64,000 nucleotides of DNA, taken from sequence record MT129652.1. The stretch is one strand, 5' to 3'. The notes below the pieces were generated by a model that saw only the letters and a program-made list of their open reading frames with translations, did not search any database and was not told where the DNA came from. Positions 1 to 9,358 of this stretch are shown here, piece by piece; within the stretch, counting starts at the first letter, position 1; each line of letters opens with the position of its first letter. The stretch is from Escherichia phage MN01. The position numbers and the translations under genes were made by a program.

Positions 1-2
1 AT

Positions 3-272
3 AACCATAACCAACCAGATCTTCTGGCCGCAGTAAAAGAAATCCATGAAGCCATTCGCCGTGCTGAGGAAATTGCAGACAAATATGAGACTCATTTTAA
101 TATATACCCTGCTCGCGGTATGGGCGGTGACTATTATTCTCCTGGCGCCTTGAAAGCTGACCTTGCTCATTGGGAAGAAGATGGTCATCCTGAATGGGCC
201 ATTGTTAATACTCATGACTACACAACCGACCTGGAAAATGGCGGTTGGGTGTCCTCTTCTTCTGAATGTTAA
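3..272 (+). CDS. 5'-truncated small acidic protein; member 1 of tandem W-x-x-S-S-x-x-C-stop family
   Basis: Frame open from window edge to TAA 270-272; C-terminus ...LENGGWVSSSSEC; stop fused to next SD (TGTTAAGGA). Confidence 0.6.
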   Translation, partial: NHNQPDLLAAVKEIHEAIRRAEEIADKYETHFNIYPARGMGGDYYSPGALKADLAHWEEDGHPEWAIVNTHDYTTDLENGGWVSSSSEC

Positions 273-280
273 GGAATTAT

Positions 281-478
281 ATGTCTCGTGAATTAGATTG
301 TGCAATCCGTACTGCCGCAGCAGCTATTGAAAACGTTATCCAGATTTGCAAAGAAGAACGCGAAGAAGCTGATATCTATATCGATGGTGTTCGTGACCTA
401 GACCGACATATTACGCTTTATAATGGTTGTATTACTATTAGTGGTACCTCTTGGGTGTCCTCCTCTTACGAATGCTAA
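281..478 (+). CDS. small acidic protein; family member 2
   Basis: ATG 281 behind SD AAGGA (track start 266 lies in upstream gene); ends ...SGTSWVSSSYEC; stop fused to next SD TGCTAAGGA. Confidence 0.65.
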   Translation: MSRELDCAIRTAAAAIENVIQICKEEREEADIYIDGVRDLDRHITLYNGCITISGTSWVSSSYEC

Positions 479-487
479 GGAAATAAA

Positions 488-706
488 ATGACTACTAAAA
501 CTGTTAAAGAAATCGAAGACCAAATCCGTGCACTAATCTGTGAAGGTCTGACTGCGGCGGATGAAACCGGCGAACACTTCCGCGCCGGTGGCGAAGAATA
601 TATTCCAGCTTCTAGCCCGGAATATGACGATTATGAATGGGTTCGTGATGAATATTGTATTCCAGAAGGTGAAGGTTTCTGGTTTAACTCCTCTATGTCT
701 TGCTAA
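488..706 (+). CDS. small acidic protein; family member 3
   Basis: SD AAGGA upstream; ends ...GEGFWFNSSMSC; stop fused to SD TGCTAAGGT. Confidence 0.65.
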   Translation: MTTKTVKEIEDQIRALICEGLTAADETGEHFRAGGEEYIPASSPEYDDYEWVRDEYCIPEGEGFWFNSSMSC

Positions 707-715
707 GGTGATAAA

Positions 716-949
716 ATGACTACTACTGTTGAACATGCTGAATTAGAAAAAGCTGCCCTTGAACTGGCCGCGCTGTATAAGAAAGTAAAAGATATGGCTT
801 TTGCTCAAGATTTCGGTGTCGAGCTTGATGATTATGACGGCGAAGTCCGTCTTGAAGACTGGTTGAACAGCTCTTGTTATGGTGAAGAAGCTGGGCGTAC
901 CTTCGTTGCTCGTGCCGATGGTAAAATCTGGTACCCAAGTTCATGTTAA
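716..949 (+). CDS. small acidic protein; family member 4 (motif twice)
   Basis: Internal EDWLNSSCY and terminal KIWYPSSC-stop. Confidence 0.65.
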   Translation: MTTTVEHAELEKAALELAALYKKVKDMAFAQDFGVELDDYDGEVRLEDWLNSSCYGEEAGRTFVARADGKIWYPSSC

Positions 950-1170
950 AATTAAAGAAAAGATATATTCGTAAAATAAATGGTCTTCGTGATTACGCCA
1001 AAGGTTGGCCGTTAAGTATTATTATGGCTGATAGACATCCACGTTACAATACCGAGTTGACTTATTACAAAAAGTATGATTCGTATTGTCGGTCTAAAGC
1101 GGGTCGTTTAGATGGTTCCTATGAAGAATATTTCGGTAAAAAACCTACTCGTATTTCGTTAGGAAAATAA
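943..1170 (+). CDS. hypothetical basic protein (75 aa)
   Basis: ATG overlaps upstream stop (ATGTTAA); no family recognised. Confidence 0.5.
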   Translation: MLKLKKRYIRKINGLRDYAKGWPLSIIMADRHPRYNTELTYYKKYDSYCRSKAGRLDGSYEEYFGKKPTRISLGK

Positions 1171-1216
1171 TTTAATCACAAGGATGTGATAGGAGGACTT
1201 ATGCGCAGAAATTTAG

Positions 1217-1245
1217 TGTACAAGCTCAAAGAAACGTAGTATCAT
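1217..1245 (+). promoter_or_regulatory. sigma70-type early promoter TGTACA-N17-TATCAT
   Basis: Hexamers and spacing read directly; followed by leader TCAACTAATGAGGA. Confidence 0.55.
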
Positions 1246-1273
1246 TATCTTGTCAACTAATGAGGAAACCATT

Positions 1274-1504
1274 ATGTGGTATTATGCCCCAATGGCTGAT
1301 GAGCCTGTAAAAATTAGCCGTGCTAAGTTTACAAAGATTTACGGTCTCGTTTATAAAAAGTCTGATTACGGTGTGCGTTTTGAAGATGCACACTGTATCA
1401 ACGACCCTTATAATGAAGACCTCTATGGCAAATTGGTTCCTATCGTTAAGGGGTCCGCCTCTGAGATGATAGATGAATCTAATATATCTGCTGCTGAAAT
1501 TTAA
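1274..1504 (+). CDS. hypothetical protein (76 aa)
   Basis: ATG 1274 behind SD GAGGA; the track's TTG 1250 start lies in the leader. Confidence 0.55.
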   Translation: MWYYAPMADEPVKISRAKFTKIYGLVYKKSDYGVRFEDAHCINDPYNEDLYGKLVPIVKGSASEMIDESNISAAEI

Positions 1505-1523
1505 GTTATCTGAGGAAAATATT

Positions 1524-2483
1524 ATGATGTTAGTTATTGGTTCTCGTGCATTACATAACGCTGGCCTGATTGAAAGTCAGAAAATTGAAAACTCTGATTG
1601 GGACTTCATCGCTGACCAAGGTTCCTGGAACCACTTTAAAGCACGTATGTTCGGTGCTCATGTTCCTGTGGATAACCCTGATGTCCAAGCTTTTAAATGT
1701 ATGTACAATGGCAAAGAAACTTATTTTGAAGCTTATATTGTCCGTGCCCTGACCAACGTACGAGAAATTACTGGTGAGCTTCAAGACGAAGATTTCACCT
1801 CAAGTTATCGTCTCTTGAAATACGCTGAAAATCATATTAAGAAAGACCGTCTTACAGGTTTCTATTGGGCAACTCCTGATATTTGTCTGGCAATTAAACT
1901 GTCTCATCGTTACCTGAAGAACAATCCATTCTTCCTGAAGACCATGAGCCATATTAATTACCTTCGTAATAAGGGTGTTGTTCTTAATGATGAACTGCAG
2001 AAAATCATGCTGCAACGGCAGGCAGAAACACTGTCATACAGCCACCCTAAACTAGACGTGGGCAAGAAAACTTTCTTTAATGATACAATCTATACCCTTG
2101 ACCATGACTCCATCCACGAGGCCGTGGCGCTTGCTGATAAGCCTGCATATAAGTTCTATATGAAGGATGATTCAGAAGTCATGACCTCGCGTGAAAAATT
2201 TGAAGCACTCCCTGATGTTATTAAACTGGCAGGTGTTTATGAAGAAGCATGTGTACTTGCTCTGGAGCGTTCGCAGGTTCCCAATGAGTTTAATATCTCT
2301 CCATCCGTGAGCTTCCATATTGCTCTGGAAAAAGTCTGCACCTCCATTACTTCTGGATGGTTCCGTGAGTATGCCTGGGAACATTACCAGGAAGTGGTTA
2401 ATATGTACAACACCCTGGGTCGCGAAGACTATGTTAAACGTTTCAAGGCTAACCAACATTTAATTCGTCCTTTCACAAAATAA
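1524..2483 (+). CDS. hypothetical protein, possible nucleotidyltransferase-fold N-terminus
   Basis: ATG 1524 behind SD GAGGA; N-terminus VIGSRAL..x17..DWDFI loosely fits the GS...DxD NTase pattern. Confidence 0.6.
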   Translation: MMLVIGSRALHNAGLIESQKIENSDWDFIADQGSWNHFKARMFGAHVPVDNPDVQAFKCMYNGKETYFEAYIVRALTNVREITGELQDEDFTSSYRLLKYAENHIKKDRLTGFYWATPDICLAIKLSHRYLKNNPFFLKTMSHINYLRNKGVVLNDELQKIMLQRQAETLSYSHPKLDVGKKTFFNDTIYTLDHDSIHEAVALADKPAYKFYMKDDSEVMTSREKFEALPDVIKLAGVYEEACVLALERSQVPNEFNISPSVSFHIALEKVCTSITSGWFREYAWEHYQEVVNMYNTLGREDYVKRFKANQHLIRPFTK

Positions 2484-2486
2484 GTG

Positions 2487-2515
2487 TGTACATCCAAGTG
2501 GGACTATGACACAAT
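2487..2515 (+). promoter_or_regulatory. early promoter TGTACA-N17-CACAAT; -10 sits in the loop of hairpin 2498-2523
   Basis: GTGGGAC/GTCCCAC 7-bp stem brackets the -10. Confidence 0.5.
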
Positions 2516-2542
2516 GGTCCCACAATCAATGAGGAAAATATT

Positions 2543-3229
2543 ATGAACGGTCCAAAAACTTTTAATTCTCAAGCTCATGCAGTAGGCAGTTTCGCTGGTA
2601 AAATTTCTAATGATAAAATCAAAAACGAAACTATGTTCTTTAACAGCTCATTGGCTTTCGCTTTTGACAATGGTGGCCCTATTACTCGTAGCTTTATCAT
2701 GAGTCTGCCGGATGATTGGAACACTGACCAGGTTGTATTTGATTCTCGGGTTCATATGCTTATGCCTGGTTGGTATCCTGCTATCCCAGGTTATCACCAT
2801 GATGATGTACCACGCCCGGATATTCCGGTTGGTCAACACTTTATTACTGCAGGGCAACCTGATTATGATAATCCTCGTTACCATTCTGAACATATTCTTG
2901 GTCTTGTTAACGCTGATGTGTGTCCTACTTATTTTGCAACCGGAACTGCGCAATTTAGTCAGATTCCTGAAGGCGAACTTATCTATCGCCAGTGGCATAA
3001 AGAAGTTCTGGAAAAAATTGAGTCCAATGAATTAACCAAGTGGGATGCTCCTGACCGCACGTTGCTCCAGTTTGATTGGCAGACATGGCATACAGGTTCT
3101 CGCGCAGTAAGTAATGGTTGGCGCTGGTTTGGTCGTGTGTCTCGTAATACTGACCGTGTTAAAAAGATTACAAATGAAATCCGCGTCAATGCTCAAGTAT
3201 ATCTGGAATTCCCTATGGAGGGCTGGTAA
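2543..3229 (+). CDS. hypothetical protein, possible cupin/2OG-Fe(II)-oxygenase-like
   Basis: SD GAGGA; GYHHDD ... WHTGSRAVSNGWRWFGR resembles HxD...H...R; weak. Confidence 0.6.
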   Translation: MNGPKTFNSQAHAVGSFAGKISNDKIKNETMFFNSSLAFAFDNGGPITRSFIMSLPDDWNTDQVVFDSRVHMLMPGWYPAIPGYHHDDVPRPDIPVGQHFITAGQPDYDNPRYHSEHILGLVNADVCPTYFATGTAQFSQIPEGELIYRQWHKEVLEKIESNELTKWDAPDRTLLQFDWQTWHTGSRAVSNGWRWFGRVSRNTDRVKKITNEIRVNAQVYLEFPMEGW

Positions 3230-3816
3230 TGGCCCTTTATGAACCCGGCTGCATGGGTGTTGATGTAAACTTCATCCGCCGGGCAGAAAATACAGGTATA
3301 ATTGTATCAAGAGACGAATTTATGATTACCAAAAAATATTGGGCGAACCTTGATGATGGTGATGAAGGAATCAAGGTGGAAAATGTTGATTGGTCGCGAT
3401 GCAATCGTCATGTGAAAGAGCTTTTAATTAAGGAATATAAAATGGGATACATCATTAATGGGCATCAACCAGAACCGCTCAAAGAACAGACACCCGACCC
3501 ATTAATTTCTTATAGCAAGAAATATGGATTTCGTACCTGGAGTGATGAATTTGATAAGTTGATTTGTTCCAGGTTTTATGCCTGGGCTGGAATCTTATTT
3601 TTACCATTCCTGTGGTTTTTCTTGACAGGCAAAAATGAAGCACCCGTAGCTGTAATGGGCGCGTGCTTTTCTACTGCTCTTGCTGGGCTTATTGCATCAT
3701 TTTTATGGACTATGGTTATTGAAGTACCTTTTCGTATTTCTAAAGTTAAAAAGGTATATGACGATATCACTAAGAAAAATACATTGAACTCCTTTATTGA
3801 GGAATGCCGTAAATGA
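3229..3816 (+). CDS. membrane protein (two C-terminal TM helices)
   Basis: TAATG start/stop overlap; hydrophobic runs AGILFLPFLWFFL and LAGLIASFLWTMVI. Confidence 0.6.
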   Translation: MALYEPGCMGVDVNFIRRAENTGIIVSRDEFMITKKYWANLDDGDEGIKVENVDWSRCNRHVKELLIKEYKMGYIINGHQPEPLKEQTPDPLISYSKKYGFRTWSDEFDKLICSRFYAWAGILFLPFLWFFLTGKNEAPVAVMGACFSTALAGLIASFLWTMVIEVPFRISKVKKVYDDITKKNTLNSFIEECRK

Positions 3817-4049
3817 GTATTGCAATTTATATTAAATCCGAGTCATGTGATTCTTATCTGTATTCCTATGACACTGGAACACCAGAAGAGAAAATCAAAG
3901 ATGATTTAGAAACTGATTTAGATATGTTCCGCCCGATTTCTGAATACAGAATTCAAACTTCTGATAGTGAATCTCCTTCATTGGAAAACAGACTTGAATT
4001 TTTAATGAGTGATATTTTTAACCAATCATGGAAACGTGACGATGAGTAA
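3813..4049 (+). CDS. hypothetical acidic protein (78 aa)
   Basis: ATGA overlap with upstream stop. Confidence 0.55.
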   Translation: MSIAIYIKSESCDSYLYSYDTGTPEEKIKDDLETDLDMFRPISEYRIQTSDSESPSLENRLEFLMSDIFNQSWKRDDE

Positions 4050-4500
4050 GAAAAACAAGGTGAAAGAATTATCTGCTGGCATTATTTTCATGACTGAAGA
4101 TAAAGAGTTATTCATGGGTCGTGTGACTGGTTCTCGTAAACCAGGTATGCCTGCACACAAATGGGACATCCCTAAAGGTCATGTTGAAGCTGGTGAATCC
4201 CCGATTGAAGCGGCTATCCGTGAAACCGAAGAAGAAACCGGGTTTACTCAATACGACCCGGCATTCTTAAAGGACCTGGGCGAATTCCGTTATTCAGATA
4301 ACAAAAATCTTCACCTGTTTTTGTACACGGTTCCGGTCGAGCATGAGCAGTTCAGACATAGTAAATGCTCTGCCTATCATACCTTCCCGGATGGTAGTTC
4401 GATTCCAGAGTTCGATGCATTTGCTCTGATTAAACCAAGTCAATGGCAGTATGTGATGGGCAAATCGATGTACAAGGTACTGACTCAAATTTTCGGATAA
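4042..4500 (+). CDS. nudE: Nudix hydrolase NudE (e.1)
   Basis: Nudix box GHVEAGESPIEAAIRETEEETGF; 152 aa; immediately upstream of e as in T4. Confidence 0.85.
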   Translation: MSKKNKVKELSAGIIFMTEDKELFMGRVTGSRKPGMPAHKWDIPKGHVEAGESPIEAAIRETEEETGFTQYDPAFLKDLGEFRYSDNKNLHLFLYTVPVEHEQFRHSKCSAYHTFPDGSSIPEFDAFALIKPSQWQYVMGKSMYKVLTQIFG

Positions 4501-4526
4501 TAAATACCCCTATATAAGGGGGTATT
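4499..4526 (+). promoter_or_regulatory. near-consensus late promoter AATAAATA overlapping an SD-sequestering hairpin of gene e
   Basis: AATAAATA 4499-4506; 8-bp stem 4503-4510/4519-4526 (AATACCCC/GGGGTATT) ends at the ATG. Confidence 0.55.
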
Positions 4527-5018
4527 ATGAATATATTCGAAATGTTACGCATAGATGAAGGTTGTAAGTTGGATTTGTATAAAGATACTGAAGGCTATTG
4601 GACCATTGGTATCGGGCAACTGATAACTAAGAACCCATCAAAAGATGTTGCTCGTGCCGAGCTCGACAAACTCATGGGTCGCGTCTGTAATGGTCGCATA
4701 ACCCAGCACGAAGCTGAAACATTGTTTAACCGTTCGGTCGAAAAAGCTAAAGCCGGAATCTTGAGACACCCTGTCTTAAAACCTGTTTATGATGTGCTAG
4801 ATGAAGTTCGTCGTTGTGCACTCATTAATATGGTATTCCAGATGGGTGTTGCTGGTGTTGCTGGTTTTCCTAAGGGTATGCGACTTCTGAAGTCTAAATC
4901 ATGGGAAGCAGCTGCTAAGGAACTGGCGGACTCAAGATGGTATAAAGTCCAGACTCCGAACCGAGCCAAACGAGTTATAGAAACGTTCCGTACTGGAACT
5001 TTTAGCGCATACAAATAA
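4527..5018 (+). CDS. e: T4-type lysozyme (endolysin)
   Basis: [26 protein letters not shown] matches T4 lysozyme along its whole length; 163 aa. Confidence 0.97.
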   Translation: MNIFEMLRIDEGCKLDLYKDTEGYWTIGIGQLITKNPSKDVARAELDKLMGRVCNGRITQHEAETLFNRSVEKAKAGILRHPVLKPVYDVLDEVRRCALINMVFQMGVAGVAGFPKGMRLLKSKSWEAAAKELADSRWYKVQTPNRAKRVIETFRTGTFSAYK

Positions 5019-5026
5019 GGTAAAAT

Positions 5027-5329
5027 ATGAAAACGTATAAAGAATTTATCACCGAAGCGCGCGTAAGTGCAGGTAAATTAGAAGCCGCTGTAAATAAAAA
5101 GGCCCATTCATTTCATGATTTACCAGATAAAGACCGTAAGAAACTTGTAAGCCTTTATATTGACAAAGAGCGTATTCTAGCTCTCCCTGGCGCTAACGAA
5201 GGTAAACAGGCCAAGCCTTTGAATTCTGTCGAAAAGAAAATTGATAACTTTGCTTCTAAGTTCGGCATGTCTATGGATGACCTTCAGCAAGCGGCTATCG
5301 AAGCAGCTAAAGCAATTAAAGGTAAATAA
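5027..5329 (+). CDS. capsid internal protein (IPII/IPIII type) with capsid targeting sequence
   Basis: N-terminus [11 protein letters not shown] matches T4 IP targeting sequence MKTYQEFIAEA with the I-x-E cleavage site. Confidence 0.8.
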   Translation: MKTYKEFITEARVSAGKLEAAVNKKAHSFHDLPDKDRKKLVSLYIDKERILALPGANEGKQAKPLNSVEKKIDNFASKFGMSMDDLQQAAIEAAKAIKGK

Positions 5330-5331
5330 CA

Positions 5332-5360
5332 GTTTACTTCCACGATACGTGTGATATAAT
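5332..5360 (+). promoter_or_regulatory. early promoter GTTTAC-N17-TATAAT
   Basis: Classical T4 early hexamers 29 nt upstream of the denV ATG. Confidence 0.7.
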
Positions 5361-5388
5361 GTTCTCCTACAAACATAGGAGAACAAAC

Positions 5389-5805
5389 ATGACTCGCATT
5401 AATTTGACCCTGGTATCTGAACTTGCTGACCAACATCTTATGGCCGAATATCGTGAACTTCCTCGCGTGTTTGGCGCTGTTCGTAAGCATGTGCAAAATG
5501 GTAAAAAGGTTTCTGACTTTAAAATCCCATCATCTTTTCTTTTAGGGACTGGTCATGTCACCTTCTTTTATGATAAGCTTTTGTTCCTTAAAAACCGACA
5601 TCAAGAACTTATTGCGGAATGTTTAAAGCGAGGGTTTAACATAAAAGATATTTCTACCCAAGACTTAACTGATATTCCTGATGAATGGAAGAATGATTAT
5701 CAACCATCAATCTGGTCAATTGAAATCAGTCAAGCTAGGCTGAATGAGAAAATTTCTCAAAAGCCCGCTTGGTACAAATACTATGGGAAAGCTGTGTACG
5801 CTTAA
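5389..5805 (+). CDS. denV: endonuclease V (pyrimidine-dimer DNA glycosylase/AP lyase)
   Basis: [34 protein letters not shown] near-identical to T4 DenV; 138 aa; the track's 5359 start lies in the promoter. Confidence 0.96.
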   Translation: MTRINLTLVSELADQHLMAEYRELPRVFGAVRKHVQNGKKVSDFKIPSSFLLGTGHVTFFYDKLLFLKNRHQELIAECLKRGFNIKDISTQDLTDIPDEWKNDYQPSIWSIEISQARLNEKISQKPAWYKYYGKAVYA

Positions 5806-5823
5806 CTACAAAGGTTGTATAAT
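5795..5823 (+). promoter_or_regulatory. early-type promoter TGTACG-N17-TATAAT
   Basis: Overlaps the denV 3' end; implies the ATG 5854 start for the next gene. Confidence 0.5.
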
Positions 5824-5853
5824 GATTTTATCAACCAAACAATGGAATATAAA

Positions 5854-6153
5854 ATGAAAACTTATCAAGAATTTATTACTGAAGCCAAAGCTCCTAAAGC
5901 ATTTCAAATTGGGGTTCAGGGTAATTTAGACCAACAATATGTTGATGCTATTGTAGCAAGCCTCGGTAAACAGGGTGTACAAGTGGATTTGGTTGATTTT
6001 ACTAAAGGTAATACTTTTAATATTGTTACATCTAAAGGTTCTTTAGCTAAAGTTAAAAAGGCCTTTGGTGTAGCACAAGCATACGAAATCGACCATTCTG
6101 AATTAGAAAATAAAGGTCGCCAGAACACAATTAAAGGTTCTGGTTCTTTCTAA
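5854..6153 (+). CDS. capsid internal protein with capsid targeting sequence
   Basis: MKTYQEFITEA at ATG 5854; the track's 5815 start is inside the -10 element. Confidence 0.75.
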   Translation: MKTYQEFITEAKAPKAFQIGVQGNLDQQYVDAIVASLGKQGVQVDLVDFTKGNTFNIVTSKGSLAKVKKAFGVAQAYEIDHSELENKGRQNTIKGSGSF

Positions 6154-6313
6154 TAAAGGCAAGCCGGCCCTCTCCTCATGAACGTCGCGTCCTCTGAGTG
6201 ATGGACCTTTCCCTACCTGTAATAAGGTCGAGCCCAAGTGCGGTAAAGGGTTTACATACGGATACATGGATGAATTATGTGCCAAGGAACGGCCCCACAA
6301 TTAAGAGACAACT
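6154..6313 (+). other. GC-rich (~50%) 160-nt non-coding spacer lacking the usual promoter cassette
   Basis: Only a 38-codon ORF (6201-6317); hairpins GACCTT/AAGGTC 6204-6229 and 6230-6253. Confidence 0.4.
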
Positions 6314-6841
6314 ATGAAATTTTTAACTCCAATTTATCTAACCTTAATGCACGCCTTCGCTGAACGCGCCATTGAACGCTTAGATTCAGACCAATACGCC
6401 TGGTATGAACCCGCTTCAAGAATGCAAGAGTTTGGTACTCTTAGACTTGATGGTGGAAGACAAACGGGTAAAACAAGTGCCATTGCGCAGTTTGCTGCGG
6501 ATTGGGTTTCTAAGGGTAATGATGTGATTGTTATGTCAAGTTCTTCGCATCGCTCACGAGAAATCTGTGATATAATAAAGCGGGTTTCTAAGGCACAGCC
6601 GCATCTTAATGTTGAACGACCTGGTTTTGTTGTATATGATACTGTTCGTTCATTTTTAGATGAAGATCATTTTCACAAGTATCGTGGACTGTCTGTTACC
6701 CGATTATTGATTATTATTGAAGAGCCTATTCGTCTCCCAGCGATGGATAAGTTCTATGAAGCTTATCAGACAATGATGAATAAATTTATGCGTCAGGGTT
6801 CTAAACCTCTGCCACTGTTCTTTGTGGTAGGAATGCAATGA
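6314..6841 (+). CDS. small P-loop NTPase-like protein
   Basis: Walker A-like GGRQTGKTS and Walker B-like LLIIIEEP. Confidence 0.6.
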   Translation: MKFLTPIYLTLMHAFAERAIERLDSDQYAWYEPASRMQEFGTLRLDGGRQTGKTSAIAQFAADWVSKGNDVIVMSSSSHRSREICDIIKRVSKAQPHLNVERPGFVVYDTVRSFLDEDHFHKYRGLSVTRLLIIIEEPIRLPAMDKFYEAYQTMMNKFMRQGSKPLPLFFVVGMQ

Positions 6842-7137
6842 TGACTGATGAAGAACTTTTTGACAAAATCTACTTTATTCCAAAGGTTAGGTCTGAAGAT
6901 TTCGTAAAGAACTATGAAATCTTTAATAAAGCTAATTTCTTTGAGTATGTGTTTTTGTCTGGGCCTTTTATTGGGTCCAGATTTCGTTGCACTGCTCCGA
7001 GTATTCGCTTGATGAAGTTGGTTCCTTACTTTACTCTGGAATTTATTTCTGGACCGTGTAAGGGTATTATCACTCGTAGCCTCCTGACCTATGACCAGGA
7101 TGTGCGATTAATTAGTGACTGGAAAAAATATGTCTAA
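6838..7137 (+). CDS. hypothetical protein (99 aa)
   Basis: ATGA overlap with upstream stop. Confidence 0.55.
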   Translation: MMTDEELFDKIYFIPKVRSEDFVKNYEIFNKANFFEYVFLSGPFIGSRFRCTAPSIRLMKLVPYFTLEFISGPCKGIITRSLLTYDQDVRLISDWKKYV

Positions 7138-7344
7138 ATTGACTATTGAAGGTTCTGAAGAAGCTCTGAAGATGTTTGTTGACTGGTTCCACGAACAGGG
7201 CGAACAAGGCTTTATGGAATGTTGGGACGGCGGCCAATGGAATGGTAAAGAAATTGTTTACCCAACTACGTATATCTCCGTGCAAGGTTTGACTGAAGGC
7301 CTTCGTTTGGTAGAATACGATATCGCAACTGGCGAGGAAGTGAA

Positions 7345-7348
<4 letters not shown>
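7130..7348 (+). CDS. hypothetical acidic protein (72 aa)
   Basis: ATG 7130 overlaps the upstream 3' end. Confidence 0.5.
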
Positions 7349-7928
<580 letters not shown>

Positions 7929-7957
7929 TGTACAAGCAGATTGAAATGAGTTATGAT
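7929..7957 (+). promoter_or_regulatory. early promoter TGTACA-N17-TATGAT
   Basis: Followed by leader TATCCCATCAAACAAAAGGAG before regB. Confidence 0.55.
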
Positions 7958-7984
7958 TATCCCATCAAACAAAAGGAGATAATC

Positions 7985-8443
7985 ATGACTACTATCGATT
8001 CAAGTGTTTACATTCGCCGCAATAAACTTCGTCGCATTTTTGAAACGGAGTTCCTCAAAATTAATAATGCTATCAACAAGGCTTGTAAAGAAGCAGGCCT
8101 TGAAGCATTCTTCATTAAGTACAGTCCGCACCTGTTGGACCGTGCAATCCAACGTGAAATTGATGAACAATATGTTTTTGACTTGTTTGGAAAAATCACA
8201 CCACATGTAAAAGAAATCGTTGAATTCCTGGAGATGAAACCACTCCCGGAAGTTGAAGCACAAATTGACCCGAATGTGAACTACCGTCCACTTCGTCTGG
8301 AAATCACAGACAAGAACCTGTGGTTAGGAATGACAGTTAACCCGGCTCTTCCTGGGAAGTCTCCAACCATGTGTTGTCGTATGGCGTTTGTTAACTCTAA
8401 TCGTCTGGAAGGAAAAATTAGCACAAAAGTAATTTATATCTAA
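7985..8443 (+). CDS. regB: RegB endoribonuclease
   Basis: VYIRRNKLRR..HLLDRAIQREIDE..YRPLRLEITDKNLWLG matches T4 RegB; 152 aa. Confidence 0.92.
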   Translation: MTTIDSSVYIRRNKLRRIFETEFLKINNAINKACKEAGLEAFFIKYSPHLLDRAIQREIDEQYVFDLFGKITPHVKEIVEFLEMKPLPEVEAQIDPNVNYRPLRLEITDKNLWLGMTVNPALPGKSPTMCCRMAFVNSNRLEGKISTKVIYI

Positions 8444-8453
8444 TGGGGAATTC

Positions 8454-8996
8454 ATGAAAAAAGTAATCGCCACCTTACTATTGACAGTTAGTATGTCTGC
8501 CCATAGCGTAGAGCCTACTTTCAGTAATGAACAAATGGGAAACCTCCAATATGCTTATGCGTTTGGAGAACAGTTCCAGAAAAATGGTAAGTACAAAGAA
8601 AATCCGCACCAACATAATGGTTTGGGATATATCATGGCTGGTTTAGCCTGGCAGGAAAGTTCTGCCGGGATTAATACTGGATTAAATAAAGATAAGCACC
8701 ATGCATATGGTATATTCCAAAATTATCTTCCAACCATTCGCGAACGCGTGAAACAGGTTGGGTGGACAATGACAGATAAAGAAATAATCAAGATGATAAG
8801 CAAGAGAGAGAACAGCGCACGTTGGGCTTACATTGAGCTTTCATACTGGTTGAATATTCATAAGGGGGATATAAGAAAAACACTATCATCATATAACGCA
8901 GGGTGGAATGTGAAAGCTGGTAATACGTATGCTTCGCAGGTCCTAGAAAAAGCTAACTACTTAAAATCACGAGGCCTATTAAAAACGGTGGATTAA
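8454..8996 (+). CDS. secreted lytic-transglycosylase-like protein (vs.1 slot)
   Basis: Signal peptide MKKVIATLLLTVSMSAHS; SLT-like AWQESSAG and YGIFQ. Confidence 0.6.
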   Translation: MKKVIATLLLTVSMSAHSVEPTFSNEQMGNLQYAYAFGEQFQKNGKYKENPHQHNGLGYIMAGLAWQESSAGINTGLNKDKHHAYGIFQNYLPTIRERVKQVGWTMTDKEIIKMISKRENSARWAYIELSYWLNIHKGDIRKTLSSYNAGWNVKAGNTYASQVLEKANYLKSRGLLKTVD

Positions 8997-8998
8997 AA

Positions 8999-9358
8999 AT
9001 GGTAAGAGTTATCACTTTAGCCATAGGGTTAGTATTCAGCATGGGAGGAATAGCTTCAGTACAGAGCGACGACAACAACAGCATCATAGAATATGCAACG
9101 AGGACGGCTAAAGATTATTGCGCAGCAAGCAATGTGGATTGTGTAATCCAGTTCAGCGCCAAGCTCACCGCAGCCTATAAAGACGGCCAAAATGATGTTG
9201 AACACACGCTTTTGAAAAAGAATGTATTGTCCAACAAATATGAAAAGAAATTATTTGAAATGGATTGCATTCTGTCAAGTGCAAAATATAAGGCGGCCTG
9301 CACCAGTATGGTGGACAGGTTAGTGGATTCATATAATAGAGGATTGAACTCTAAATGA
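8999..9358 (+). CDS. secreted hypothetical protein (vs slot)
   Basis: N-terminal signal-like VITLAIGLVFSMGGIASV; identity by position only. Confidence 0.5.
   Translation: MVRVITLAIGLVFSMGGIASVQSDDNNSIIEYATRTAKDYCAASNVDCVIQFSAKLTAAYKDGQNDVEHTLLKKNVLSNKYEKKLFEMDCILSSAKYKAACTSMVDRLVDSYNRGLNSK

Noticed and set aside
5359-5388. N-terminal extensions of track ORFs (for example denV 5359, ip 5815, regB 7928, 47 at 28092, 56 at 46689)
   Set aside because: The extensions overlap promoters or leaders, or use TTG starts. Homology to T4 N-termini and SD positions support the shorter starts.
6154-6313. tRNA or tmRNA in the GC-rich spacer
   Set aside because: I could not build an acceptor or T-arm cloverleaf. 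GGTCGAGCC is not flanked by complementary 5-bp stems.
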